NCBI GenBank assembly: GCA_965230395.1
Contig: CBDDKV010000001.1
Location: 654 to 64,653 of the forward strand
DNA: 64,000 nucleotides
Direction: 5' to 3'
DNA from: Bacteroidales bacterium
GTDB lineage: Bacteria; Bacteroidota; Bacteroidia; Bacteroidales; UBA10428
In this document: positions 1 through 9,319 of the stretch, piece after piece
Layout of the letters: each line of letters starts with the position of its first letter
Position numbering within the stretch: position 1 is the first letter of the stretch
Made by a program: the position numbers and the translations under genes
Notes under the pieces: generated by a model
Databases searched by the model: none
What the model was told of the DNA's origin: nothing
Seen by the model: the letters and a program-made list of their open reading frames with translations, nothing else

Positions 1-2
1 TT

Positions 3-551
3 GATGAAGACGCTTACCAGAAGCTAAAGAATTATCTGGATCAATTGGAAAAGAACTTAAAAAAAGAAAGCGACTTCAAGGATATCATTCTTGATATTGA
101 AGCCCGGATTTCTGAATTGTTTAATGAACGCCTGGAAGGTAAAAGACAAGTTATAACCTTGAAAGACATTAATCAGGTCATTGAGATATTAGGTGAACCC
201 GAGGTAATTTCCAACGGGGAGAACAGTTTTGAAACGGGTCCATCGAACAGCAAAAAAACTTACCGAAGGATGTACCGTGATTCCGACAACCGGGTATTTG
301 GTGGCGTATGTTCAGGACTTGCAGCCTACTGGAACATGGACCCTACGATTATGCGGGTCATTTTTGTTGTTCTGGTCCTGATTGGAGGCTCCGGAGTATT
401 AATATACCTGATTCTATGGATTATAATGCCGGAAGCGCAAACAACAGCCCAAAAACTTGAAATGAGAGGCGAACCTGTAACCATTGACAGCATTAAAAAC
501 TTTTTCAAAGATGAATTTGAAAATGTAAAAAGGAACTTTAACAAAAAGTAG
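3..551 (+). CDS. PspC-domain membrane protein; the 5' end lies outside the window
   Basis: The frame is open from nt 3 (DEDAYQKLKNYLDQLE...), upstream of the listed TTG at 45. The N-terminus parallels 902..2446 (DNDAYERLKKYLDSLQ; DIEARISELF vs DIEARIAELL). The PspC-like core is YRDSDNRVFGGVCSGLAAYWNMDPTIMRVIFVVLVL...LILWIIMP. Confidence 0.75.
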   Translation, partial: DEDAYQKLKNYLDQLEKNLKKESDFKDIILDIEARISELFNERLEGKRQVITLKDINQVIEILGEPEVISNGENSFETGPSNSKKTYRRMYRDSDNRVFGGVCSGLAAYWNMDPTIMRVIFVVLVLIGGSGVLIYLILWIIMPEAQTTAQKLEMRGEPVTIDSIKNFFKDEFENVKRNFNKK

Positions 552-557
552 CCGGAT

Positions 558-905
558 ATGAAAATAGAAAATGCAAAAGCTCAAATGAGAAAGGGGGTAT
601 TGGAATTTTGTATCTTATCCATACTCTCCCGGGGAGATGCTTATGCTTCCGATATAATTAATGAACTAAAAAAATCAAAACTGATAGTAGTTGAAGGGAC
701 TTTATATCCACTGCTTACGCGACAAAAAAATGCAGGATTACTGAGCTACCGTTGGGAAGAGTCGCCCCAGGGACCCCCCAGAAAATACTATGAACTTACT
801 GATAAAGGCAGAATGGTACTTACCGAACTAACAGAATCATGGGAAGAGTTGGTTCAGGCCGTTAATTCATTGGTAATAAATCAACCCAAAAAGCTCAAAT
901 CATGA
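558..905 (+). CDS. PadR-family transcriptional regulator
   Basis: 115 aa. GVLEFCILSILSRGDAYASDIINEL...EGTLYPLLTRQKNAGLL...PPRKYYELTDKG fits the PadR winged-helix pattern. The stop overlaps the next start (ATGA). Confidence 0.9.
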   Translation: MKIENAKAQMRKGVLEFCILSILSRGDAYASDIINELKKSKLIVVEGTLYPLLTRQKNAGLLSYRWEESPQGPPRKYYELTDKGRMVLTELTESWEELVQAVNSLVINQPKKLKS

Positions 906-2446
906 AAGAAACAATTAAAGTAAACCTTGGCGGACAATTATTCGATTTGGATAATGATGCTTATGAAAGGTTAAAAAAATACCTCGATTCGCTGCAAAGA
1001 AAGTTCAGCACATCGCCTGAAGGGGCAGAAGAAATTGTTGAAGACATTGAAGCCCGGATCGCAGAACTTTTATCGCTAAAAATTAATGATAAAAAACACG
1101 TAATAACGTTAGAAGATATTAACGAAATTATTTCCCAATTGGGCACTGCAGAAGAAATGGAGAATCCGGACGACGAAAACTCCCCTTCAGACGGGACCGA
1201 AACGAAATACCAGCAGGAAAGCGGTAAAAAAAGAAGGTTCTATCGCAATATTGACAATTCAGTCCTGGCTGGGGTAAGCTCCGGAATAGCAACCTACTTT
1301 AATATTGATCCCATCTGGATCCGGTTATTATTTATATTGCTTGTGTTTGCCAATCTTGCCGGTGTGATAATTTATATTATTCTGTGGGTAATTATACCAC
1401 CTGCCCGAACAACAGCACAAAAGCTGGAAATGCAGGGCAAAGAGGTAAATATCGATAATATCGGAGAATCCGTAAAAGAAGAGTTTGGGAAAGTTAAGGA
1501 CAATCTTCATAATATATCCAACTCTAAAGGTTATCAGAATATCGAAAGCGGGTTAAAAGGCTTTTTCAATGCTTTGGGGAATATATTTCTTGTTTTCATC
1601 AAAATAGTCGGAATTTTAATTGGGGTCAGCTTTTTGCTGGCAATCGTTTTTTCAGTATTGGGTATAATTGCCGGAGGTGCAGTTTTATTCCCGGGCGGAC
1701 GGTTTATTGACTGGCACTTTCCCAATTGGGGGCACCTGCCACATTTCACCCTGGCAGGGATCTGTTTATTCCTTGTTATTATTATCCCCATAATAGCCGT
1801 ACTGGTAAGAACTATAAAGTTGATTTTTGGAATAAAATCGAAAAATAACCTTGGTGCCGGAATTAGCATCACCATCTGGGGGCTTGCATTTATTTCCCTG
1901 ATAGTCCTCCTGATTTCAGATATTGATAATGGCACTTTCAGAACCATCAAACACACAGAACAAACCTTCAGTTACCCTGCAAATAAACCCTTATATATTG
2001 ATGTTAATGTTGAAGATAACTCACGTCATCAGCTTGAATACTATCAATTTTTCGATTTTGAGTTTGTTTGGGATGAATGGAGTGATGATTTTCTTGGTAA
2101 ACCTGATATACAAATAAAAAGATGGGACAAAGAGCAGGTCAAAATAGATGTTTATACTTCGTACCTTAACTTTCGGGTAGGGAAGAAACCGTTTGGGCGA
2201 AATTTTCCTGTTGAATATGACTGGAACTTTTCCGGAACAGCGTTAACTATTGATGAATTCTATTCCGTCGATGAAGACGATGCCTGGAGGGTCCCGAAAG
2301 TAAAGGTTATATTATTCGTGCCTGAAAACCTGGACATTAACTGTTCCAACAACACTTCAGAAATATTTAAACTTGATTGTAACAGTTACAAAAATACCCC
2401 CGAAACTAATGATAGCGATAAAAATGGAGTAAGGAGAAACTCCTGA
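902..2446 (+). CDS. PspC-domain membrane protein with a large C-terminal extension
   Basis: 514 aa. The PspC core is FYRNIDNSVLAGVSSGIATYFNIDPIWIRLLFILLVF...ILWVIIPPA. Several TM helices follow, then a soluble C-terminal region. It is translationally coupled to the PadR gene. Confidence 0.85.
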   Translation: MKETIKVNLGGQLFDLDNDAYERLKKYLDSLQRKFSTSPEGAEEIVEDIEARIAELLSLKINDKKHVITLEDINEIISQLGTAEEMENPDDENSPSDGTETKYQQESGKKRRFYRNIDNSVLAGVSSGIATYFNIDPIWIRLLFILLVFANLAGVIIYIILWVIIPPARTTAQKLEMQGKEVNIDNIGESVKEEFGKVKDNLHNISNSKGYQNIESGLKGFFNALGNIFLVFIKIVGILIGVSFLLAIVFSVLGIIAGGAVLFPGGRFIDWHFPNWGHLPHFTLAGICLFLVIIIPIIAVLVRTIKLIFGIKSKNNLGAGISITIWGLAFISLIVLLISDIDNGTFRTIKHTEQTFSYPANKPLYIDVNVEDNSRHQLEYYQFFDFEFVWDEWSDDFLGKPDIQIKRWDKEQVKIDVYTSYLNFRVGKKPFGRNFPVEYDWNFSGTALTIDEFYSVDEDDAWRVPKVKVILFVPENLDINCSNNTSEIFKLDCNSYKNTPETNDSDKNGVRRNS

Positions 2447-2608
2447 AAGAACTGGAAGAAGAAATATATTCAGATTCCATAAAAAGTTAAGTTTCCACAG
2501 TAGTTTCTGCATTAAAAAACAAATGGATGTTATTTCAAATAATATTTTTTCGTTTTCAGTTTTGTAAAATAAAAAAATATTATACATTTGCACTCCCAAA
2601 CGAGGCAA

Positions 2609-2679
2609 TGACCCATGGTGTAATGGCAGCACTACTGGTTTTGGTCCAGTCAGTCTAGGTTCGAATCCTGGTGGGTCAG
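2609..2679 (+). tRNA. tRNA-Gln (anticodon TTG)
   Basis: A hand-folded 71-nt cloverleaf: acceptor TGACCCA/TGGGTCA, D arm GTGT-AATGGCA-GCAC, anticodon arm ACTGG-TTTTGGT-CCAGT (TTG at positions 34-36), T arm CTAGG-TTCGAAT-CCTGG, discriminator G. Confidence 0.9.
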
Positions 2680-2683
2680 CAAA

Positions 2684-2709
2684 GCACTTCAAAAAGAGGT
2701 GCTTTTTTT
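2684..2709 (+). terminator. Rho-independent terminator after tRNA-Gln
   Basis: Hairpin GCACTTC-AAAAA-GAGGTGC followed by T7. Confidence 0.7.
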
Positions 2710-3154
2710 GTATTCAGAAGGCCATGCACTGATACCCTAACCATTTCCCTTCGTATTTTCAATTCATTTCTTCTGCAATTGCAGAGTTGGGCACCCATTT
2801 GGTGCTTTCTGAAATTTTTTCTATCAGTCCGGCACCTCCGAAACTCATGCAGGTTTGGAGGGGGGGGGTAATAATCAGATAGTCAATTACTTTAAAAGTT
2901 CCCTGAGTTTTTACTCCGAAGATCCCGAATTGCTTTACTTACGGAAGCTATTCGACGCCTTATTTTCAGCCCATTCTGAAATTAAAGTTCACCAATACGA
3001 AATCCAGTTCTAAAGTACACTTTGAACCCTTTTAAATAATTGACACTTAATTTTGAGCAAATATTTTTTCTGCTGAACAGCATTTTTTTTGTATCTTATG
3101 TAGTCTTCTTCTATTTTTATTAGTATCATTAAATGCCAATTTGAGAACTATGAT

Positions 3155-3619
3155 ATGGTAAAATTCTGCACGTATAAAGCACTTATTTTCAGCGTATTTG
3201 TTGTGAAATTGAGCTTTTTCTCATCAATCGCTTCAGCCCAGGACGCACCGCCAGATCTGAAAAAATTTTTAGATGGTTTTATCAGTGCGGTTACAAGTCA
3301 TAATACTGAACTTGTTATGTCATTAATGGATGCTGACTACAAAAAAGAACAGCACGATGCTTTTCTAAAAGGAAATACCCAGCAATTTCTTGATAAATTC
3401 TTTTGTGGCTATGACCCGGCAGACGGAGAAACCTACGAATGCATGAAGTTTAAAGAAGTTTCTCAGCTAAAACTAACAAGTGTATTACCGGATACAGGCC
3501 TTTACATTGTTCAGTTCCATGTAACTGACTCGGATTCAACAGTTGAAGTAACCTGGATTGTTTCCGCTAAAGAAGCAGATGGAACAACTACATTTGGTAT
3601 GATTGGAACTTACGGGTAA
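3155..3619 (+). CDS. Hypothetical secreted protein
   Basis: 154 aa with an N-terminal signal peptide (...LSFFSSIASAQD). I recognise no family motif. Confidence 0.6.
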   Translation: MVKFCTYKALIFSVFVVKLSFFSSIASAQDAPPDLKKFLDGFISAVTSHNTELVMSLMDADYKKEQHDAFLKGNTQQFLDKFFCGYDPADGETYECMKFKEVSQLKLTSVLPDTGLYIVQFHVTDSDSTVEVTWIVSAKEADGTTTFGMIGTYG

Positions 3620-3767
3620 TAAGTTAATTCTCCCACAGAATTCGTATTGCTCGGAATAAAAAGCAACCCTTAATAAGCATCTCACGCGGAAGGAAATAAC
3701 ATATTTTTTCTAAGTAGTGCCTGTGGGCAGTAGTTTATGGTTTGTATTGGTTTCCATACCTTCTGCC

Positions 3768-5006
3768 TTACTTAGCCGAACGCTTGCTTTTCTTCTTGTT
3801 ATTAACCTGTTCTGCTTCCTTTATAAGCGTTTTCCAGTCGCTTATCTCCTCTTTCGAGAAATGTACTGTCTCTGTGTAATCCTCTCCTCTTATTTCAAGC
3901 ACTTCTATATCGGCGCCAATATATTCTTCAATTTCGGAAAGAAGTTCCTTTTCCTCACTACTGCAAAATGAAACGGCATACCCTTTCTGGGTGCCTCTTC
4001 CAGTCCTGCCCACCCTGTGAACATAGTTCTCCGGTTGTTCCGGTAAGTCATAATTAATAACATAGTCAACACTTGGAATATCAATGCCCCTTGCACTAAC
4101 ATCTGTTGCTATTAACATTTTCACTTCTCCCTTCTTAAATTTCTGAAGGGCATTAAACCGCTCTTTCTGATCCTTGTCTCCATGAATGGTAACACTATCA
4201 ATTTTAACCCTTTCCATTGCCTTGAGTACACGTTCTGCCCTTACCTTTGTCCTTACAAAAACCAGAATTTTGCTTTCGGGGTTTTCACCAACCAAACGTT
4301 CGAGAAAAAAACGCTTGTCATCCATTTTTATATGTGCAACAGAATGAATTACATTGCGGGCAACCGGGTTTTTAGGTGAAATTTGAATACGGATAGGGTT
4401 AGTAACCAGCGAATAAGCCAGTTTTTTTATTTGTGGGTTAATTGTCGCTGAGAAAAACAGTGTTTGCCTTTTCTTAGGAAGAAAGCGGATTAAATCTTTG
4501 ATATCCTTAATAAACCCCAGATCCAGCATATGATCCGCTTCGTCCAGAACAAGCACCTCTACACTACCAAATTTAAGGTATCCCTGGCTAACCAAATCAA
4601 ATAACCGCCCGGGCGTTGAAACTAAAACATCTATACCATCTTCTAACTTTGCAATTTGCGGATCCTGCTCTACCCCTCCAAAAAGCCCAAAAATCTTTAC
4701 CCGGGTATGCTTTCCTATTTGCTGAAACACCTGAGTGATTTGTTCAGCCAATTCTCTGGTCGGAACCATTACCAAACATTTAATGTCCTGTTTTCTGGCA
4801 GCAGCTTTCCTCCTTTGAAGCATATCTATTACAGGTATGGCAAAAGCCGCAGTTTTCCCTGTTCCTGTCTGTGCAATAGCCAGTACATCCTCTCCCTTCA
4901 AAATGGCAGAAATCGACTTATACTGAATATCCGTCGGTTTTCTGTACCCAAGCTTCTGAATACTTTTGATTACTTCGGGAACCAATCCAAACTTCTCAAA
5001 TTTCAT
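3768..5006 (-). CDS. DEAD-box ATP-dependent RNA helicase (RhlE-like)
   Basis: Q-motif region FEKFGL...GYRKPTDIQ, Walker A AQTGTGKT, DEAD box VLDEADHML, SAT, and motif VI HRVGRTGRG, with a basic C-terminal tail. The start is placed at the internal MKFEKFG (ATG at 5006) rather than the ORF-track start at 5099. Confidence 0.93.
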   Translation of the reverse strand: MKFEKFGLVPEVIKSIQKLGYRKPTDIQYKSISAILKGEDVLAIAQTGTGKTAAFAIPVIDMLQRRKAAARKQDIKCLVMVPTRELAEQITQVFQQIGKHTRVKIFGLFGGVEQDPQIAKLEDGIDVLVSTPGRLFDLVSQGYLKFGSVEVLVLDEADHMLDLGFIKDIKDLIRFLPKKRQTLFFSATINPQIKKLAYSLVTNPIRIQISPKNPVARNVIHSVAHIKMDDKRFFLERLVGENPESKILVFVRTKVRAERVLKAMERVKIDSVTIHGDKDQKERFNALQKFKKGEVKMLIATDVSARGIDIPSVDYVINYDLPEQPENYVHRVGRTGRGTQKGYAVSFCSSEEKELLSEIEEYIGADIEVLEIRGEDYTETVHFSKEEISDWKTLIKEAEQVNNKKKSKRSAK

Positions 5007-5347
5007 AATTCTCCCCAACTTATATTGGCACAAAGATAATCTTATGTAAACACCTTTACAATTAAGTGGCGTTTTTATAATGTCCAATACAATGTTCACA
5101 AAGAATTGGCATAGCCCTATGGAAAAACCTTCAACGGTATTTTGGGGCTCTTCTGAGTAAAAAACTACGGTTTAGAATAAAAGCCCCCCTCCCTTGCCCA
5201 ACAATATCAACTTCTACTTCGGAAAGTTGACAACAGGTAAAAACCCAAAAAATCAATTCCACAACAGATTAAGGTCATGATGAAAGGGTTTACACATATG
5301 GTCTGAAGAACCGTAAAATGGGGCTTAAATTGTTAGCTGCCGGCTTT

Positions 5348-6427
5348 CTATTGCTCTAAAGACATTTGTCTATATTCTTGTGGAGTCATTCCTGTTCATA
5401 ATGTGGATAATTAAACCCTTACTTTTAAATAATCTGCTAAAATTAATCTGTGGACTAATTAAACCCTAAAACATAACGCAATTTCACTTACTGAATTTGA
5501 TATCCCCTAGAAGGAGTGTCGATTTTGCCTTTTCAATCTGATGAAATTATCGTACGAAAAAAATTATACTTATTGCTTTACCCAAAGGCATATTGCGAAT
5601 GAGATCGGAGTCTTTGGCACTATAGTCTGTCTCTTTTTTTAATAAATCATTCAATTTAATTAGAAGAAGGGGAGTGTTGGTTTAACTTTTTACTGAGAAG
5701 TATTCAATAGATGGTATACCATGTGCACCAAAATAACCCTTGTAATACTCCGCTTTCCACTCCTTTCGTTTCGTAAAATTTGTATTTTTCGAACTATTCT
5801 CTGTTAAGAATGATTGAAACTGGCTTACTATATCTGAATTCTTTGCGGATCGTGTATTAAACTGCCGTTCATAATATCGCTGTGACAAATTCAAAAGCAA
5901 CTCCAACGAAGAAGAAATAACCGTCTTGGCTGTGATTATCGATTCGTTCAGAGATTTCCTTCTTAATTAAATTGGCACAATCTGTTATTGTTTGTTGCTC
6001 TGCTTTTGAGAGATGAAGGGCTTCATGCACATCGTACGAATAAAACAATGATAGTGTTGAAAAAATTGTACTTATCAATTGCTTTACCCAAAGGCATATT
6101 GCGAATGAGATCGGAGTGAAAATGGATAGCCCAACCATTTATCTCATTCTTCTTATGGGGTGTACCAACTGTTTGTATTTGATCGGGTGCCGTAAAGTAC
6201 ATAACCCCTTCATTAAAATCATAAGCGTTGCGGCCATATTGTAAACCACAACTTTTATCTTTTAAGCCAATTGTATACAAACTACTTGCGATCTTCATTC
6301 CAATTTGCACCTCTTGAGTTTCCAGCTGAGAAACATCTATGATGCTAATAAGGGGATGTGTGGGTTTAGCTCCGTTACTCCTTCTAACCGTGGTCTCCAC
6401 TTCGTTCCGGTCTACTGCATGGGTCAC
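5348..6427 (-). pseudogene. AraC-family transcriptional regulator, heavily degraded (frameshifts, stops, internal duplications and deletions)
   Basis: The N-terminal sensor part is intact in ORF 6023..6427. The middle section (YDVHEALHLSKAEQQTITDCANLIKKEISERIDNHSQD, then LELLLNLSQRYYERQFNTR) lies in two other frames. HTH remnants (SVSEIA.., PQINFSRLFKSK) and the family-typical C-terminal end TGMTPQEYRQ-stop at ~5348-5400 are in yet other frames. Confidence 0.75.
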
Positions 6428-6672
6428 CCCAAACCACTACGTTTTTGCATACGCAAAAAGTGCGGCTTACTAACAGGCCTATGTCTCCACAATTGTTTCA
6501 TTGACATAGTATCCAACCAGCCTGTAAGTCTTGCCCTGATTGAAACATCAGGAGACTTACACCCTCTGGATAAATATCCCCGTTTTCCACTCCTTTCGTT
6601 TCGTAAAATTTGTATTTTGCAAATTTATTCAGAGCTTCCTGACGGGTGTGCTCATGCTCATGCAGGGCACAC

Positions 6673-6739
6673 ACATTATGTAAAATTCATTACAAAACAT
6701 TGTAATGCAACAAATTTTACACTTGTCATTGTGCCCAAT
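6673..6739. repeat. 67-bp structured repeat, copy 1 (nested inverted repeats)
   Basis: acattatgtaaaattcattacaaaacattgtaatgcaacaaattttacacttgtcattgtgcccaat. The inner stem is CATTACAA/TTGTAATG and the outer stem is GTAAAATT/AATTTTAC. It matches copy 2 at 63 of 67 positions. Confidence 0.8.
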
Positions 6740-6799
6740 AAGCAACCATGTCGTTACAATTATCATCTATACTGAATAAAAACTAATAAATTTATTCCT

Positions 6800-7378
6800 A
6801 TGAGAACAAATTATTTATGGATACTCTTAACCACTTTCATTATTTATAGTTGCGAAAAAGATGATAATTCAAATGAAAATTTAAGTAAAAATCCACCTGA
6901 AACACCAGAAGCGGTTAGTTACGATTTAGATGATGATTCAGTCAATGACATTAAAATTGAATATCGGCAGTTTACTTGGGATGGAATTAATAGTTCAGGA
7001 GATGGAATTTCTGGACTAATTGAACCCTTAAATGAAAGTTCTATTTTACAGAAACAAAATGAATATACATTGTTTAATAAATTAAATGACACTATTCGGA
7101 TAAACACAACCGAGCCTTATTACTGGGAAAAGTATTTAGACCCTGACCTTGTATCAATTTCAAATTCATCAGTTAATGACTATTTATGGCCAATTGAGTG
7201 GAAAATTCAGAGTAATTTGAATCTGGATTTGGATTCCTACTATTTGGGTATTATGATTAATAATAGCAACAGTAATCTGATAGGTTGGATAAAAATCACG
7301 ATTAATAAATCCACTGGAGATATTCAAATATTAGATAAGAAATTTACTGCGGAAGAGTTTATTGTGATTGGAAAATAA
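6800..7378 (+). CDS. Hypothetical lipoprotein
   Basis: 192 aa with a lipobox-type signal (LLTTFIIYSC-EKDD). The sequence is Asn/Asp-rich with no recognisable family. Confidence 0.6.
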   Translation: MRTNYLWILLTTFIIYSCEKDDNSNENLSKNPPETPEAVSYDLDDDSVNDIKIEYRQFTWDGINSSGDGISGLIEPLNESSILQKQNEYTLFNKLNDTIRINTTEPYYWEKYLDPDLVSISNSSVNDYLWPIEWKIQSNLNLDLDSYYLGIMINNSNSNLIGWIKITINKSTGDIQILDKKFTAEEFIVIGK

Positions 7379-7705
7379 AATACTGGCCACATTGTATAAA
7401 AAACATAAGTGGCTCAGTGGTTTACGGAACTTTTGTGCACTTAATCAGCTCCGCCAAATCTGCGATTTGACGAGTAGTTTTAATTCTTTAAATTTGTGTC
7501 AAAACGCAAATTTGGCTCAGTGCAACTTGACAGGTAAAAGCTTCGAAATCATTTACGTTTCTTATACGAGACGTTAGTGTTTATGCGGACAGTGCACCCG
7601 TTTGATTTCTTGCACTATTGATTATATATGTAATGGATTAAAGATTAGTAAGTTTACAATTAGTTACTTTTAAAAATAAATGATTAACCAAACTAATTAA
7701 ATATT

Positions 7706-8320
7706 ATGAATCAAAGATTAATTTATCTATTATTATTGCTCATATTTATTATTGGGGCATGTGAGGAAAATAAAAATGAATCAGCCGATGAGAAACAAAT
7801 ATATTACCAAGAAATAGATGAAGTAATATCAATTTCGGGTCAATATAAACTTGACATTGATGGAGACTCAATCGATGACTATTATTTAAGATTATTTCAT
7901 GCAAATTATAATGAACCCATTTTCATAACATTTGATACTTTTTACATAGAGTTTGGTTCATTATCTGATGGATATTACTATTATGATAAGGGAGTAGATT
8001 GTGTTCCTTGTTATGAATATTATGAACCTTATGAAACATGGACTGGAGCTAGTTCGCCTAATAAAACATCCAGTATAATATCTTCTTATGACATGGAAAC
8101 AGGAATTGAAGGAAAAGAAGAAGCATATTTATGGCTTGAAAAACATGAAAAATCTGGAGTGAATGATTACTATTATAATGTATGGTTACGGATTAAAGTT
8201 TCAGAAAATAGAGATACCGTTTCAGTAATTGATTGCGCTTTAGGGCTTGATAAAGACAAAACATTAAGGATTGGTGAAAAGCATACAACATTATGTAAAA
8301 TTCATTGCAAAACGTTGTAA
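7706..8320 (+). CDS. Hypothetical lipoprotein
   Basis: 204 aa with a lipobox-type signal (LLLIFIIGAC-EENK). The last ~11 codons run into repeat copy 2, so the native C-terminus may have been replaced. Confidence 0.55.
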   Translation: MNQRLIYLLLLLIFIIGACEENKNESADEKQIYYQEIDEVISISGQYKLDIDGDSIDDYYLRLFHANYNEPIFITFDTFYIEFGSLSDGYYYYDKGVDCVPCYEYYEPYETWTGASSPNKTSSIISSYDMETGIEGKEEAYLWLEKHEKSGVNDYYYNVWLRIKVSENRDTVSVIDCALGLDKDKTLRIGEKHTTLCKIHCKTL

Positions 8321-8354
8321 TGCAACGAATTTTACACTTGTCATTGTGCGCAAT
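8288..8354. repeat. 67-bp structured repeat, copy 2
   Basis: Same orientation as copy 1. One of the four substitutions turns an A-T pair of the inner stem into a G-T wobble. Confidence 0.8.
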
Positions 8355-8389
8355 TAAACAAGACATTGAGAATTAAATAAGCTAACGAT

Positions 8390-8830
8390 ATGAGTTATGA
8401 TTTAATGGTATTTAGAAAAGAGTCTGCTCCAAACGATAAGAAGTCATTCATGGAATGGTATAACAATCAGACGGAGTGGACAGAAGACCATAGTTATGAT
8501 GACCCAGCTAACACTTCGGCTGACTTAAAAAATTGGTTCATGGATATGAAGGAGAGCTTTCCAGCAATGAATGGACCTTATGCGTCAGATGACGTAGGTA
8601 ACCCGAAAGTTACATATTATTCAATAGGACGCGAAGTTATATATGCAGCATTCGCATGGTCGGAAGCAAAAAATGCTTATCCAAAAATGATAGAACTTGC
8701 AGAAAAACACAATGTTGGATTTTTTGATGCAAGTGGTTCTGGTGATATTTTCATTCCTGGAGAAAATGGGAAATTGCAATTATTGAATAAAAGTAACACA
8801 TCACAGAGACCTTGGTGGAAATTTTGGTAG
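8390..8830 (+). CDS. Hypothetical cytoplasmic protein
   Basis: 146 aa, no signal peptide, acidic and Trp-rich (MSYDLMVFRKESAPNDKKSFMEWYNNQTEWTEDHSYDDP...). It ends 4 nt before the next ORF. Confidence 0.55.
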   Translation: MSYDLMVFRKESAPNDKKSFMEWYNNQTEWTEDHSYDDPANTSADLKNWFMDMKESFPAMNGPYASDDVGNPKVTYYSIGREVIYAAFAWSEAKNAYPKMIELAEKHNVGFFDASGSGDIFIPGENGKLQLLNKSNTSQRPWWKFW

Positions 8831-8834
8831 TGAA

Positions 8835-9149
8835 ATGAAAAAAGTTGCGACTGGAATAGAAACTAACAAGTGGAATGAAATTATAGCAGGTCTAAAAAGA
8901 CAAGGCTGGATTTCCAAAAATGAATATGACCTGTTTGATAAAGGTATTGACTTTGATTTCATGGAACTGACTGATGGACAAGATAAAATATTATTTGCTT
9001 GGGATAATTGGTTTGAAGGGGAATTAAAGACTACAGAAGGACTAATTGAGAAAATTGAGACAATGTTCGATATTAAATTTCAATTTGGGAAACCAGAACA
9101 TCTGACACCTAGTCTGATAGAGAAAACTATTAACTTGATAAGAAAATAA
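8835..9149 (+). CDS. Hypothetical cytoplasmic protein
   Basis: 104 aa, no signal peptide, tightly spaced after 8390..8830. Confidence 0.5.
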   Translation: MKKVATGIETNKWNEIIAGLKRQGWISKNEYDLFDKGIDFDFMELTDGQDKILFAWDNWFEGELKTTEGLIEKIETMFDIKFQFGKPEHLTPSLIEKTINLIRK

Positions 9150-9319
9150 AAGCGCACAATAATTAGGTATCAAACTCAGTGTGGTCTAGGAGACCCCACT
9201 GGGTTTGTGCCTGTGTTGGGCCAAACCCCTCTATCAGGGAAGTGATTTTTCCTATGTAATTTCAAACTTCCAGGTTTTGCTGAAAATATAGTTTCTACGG
9301 AACAGGAGGTTAGTATTTT

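Noticed and set aside
2671-2871. A 66-aa ORF starting inside the tRNA-Gln 3' end.
   Set aside because: It overlaps the tRNA and its terminator, has no coding-like features, and ends in the G9 tract. It is most likely spurious.
6305-6775. A 156-aa plus-strand ORF, plus the smaller ORFs 5682..5906 and 5869..6138 treated as separate genes.
   Set aside because: 6305..6775 is antisense to, or upstream of, the AraC pseudogene and runs through duplicated fragments and the 67-bp repeat. The two minus-strand ORFs are frame fragments of the same pseudogene.
6673-9160. An integron-like cassette array: small same-strand ORFs with hairpin repeats acting as attC sites.
   Set aside because: There is no intI gene. 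The repeats lack RYYYAAC/GTTRRRY core sites and follow only some of the ORFs. The additional 9-bp inverted match (attgtgcgc at 8344 and gcgcacaat at 9152) is short enough to be chance.
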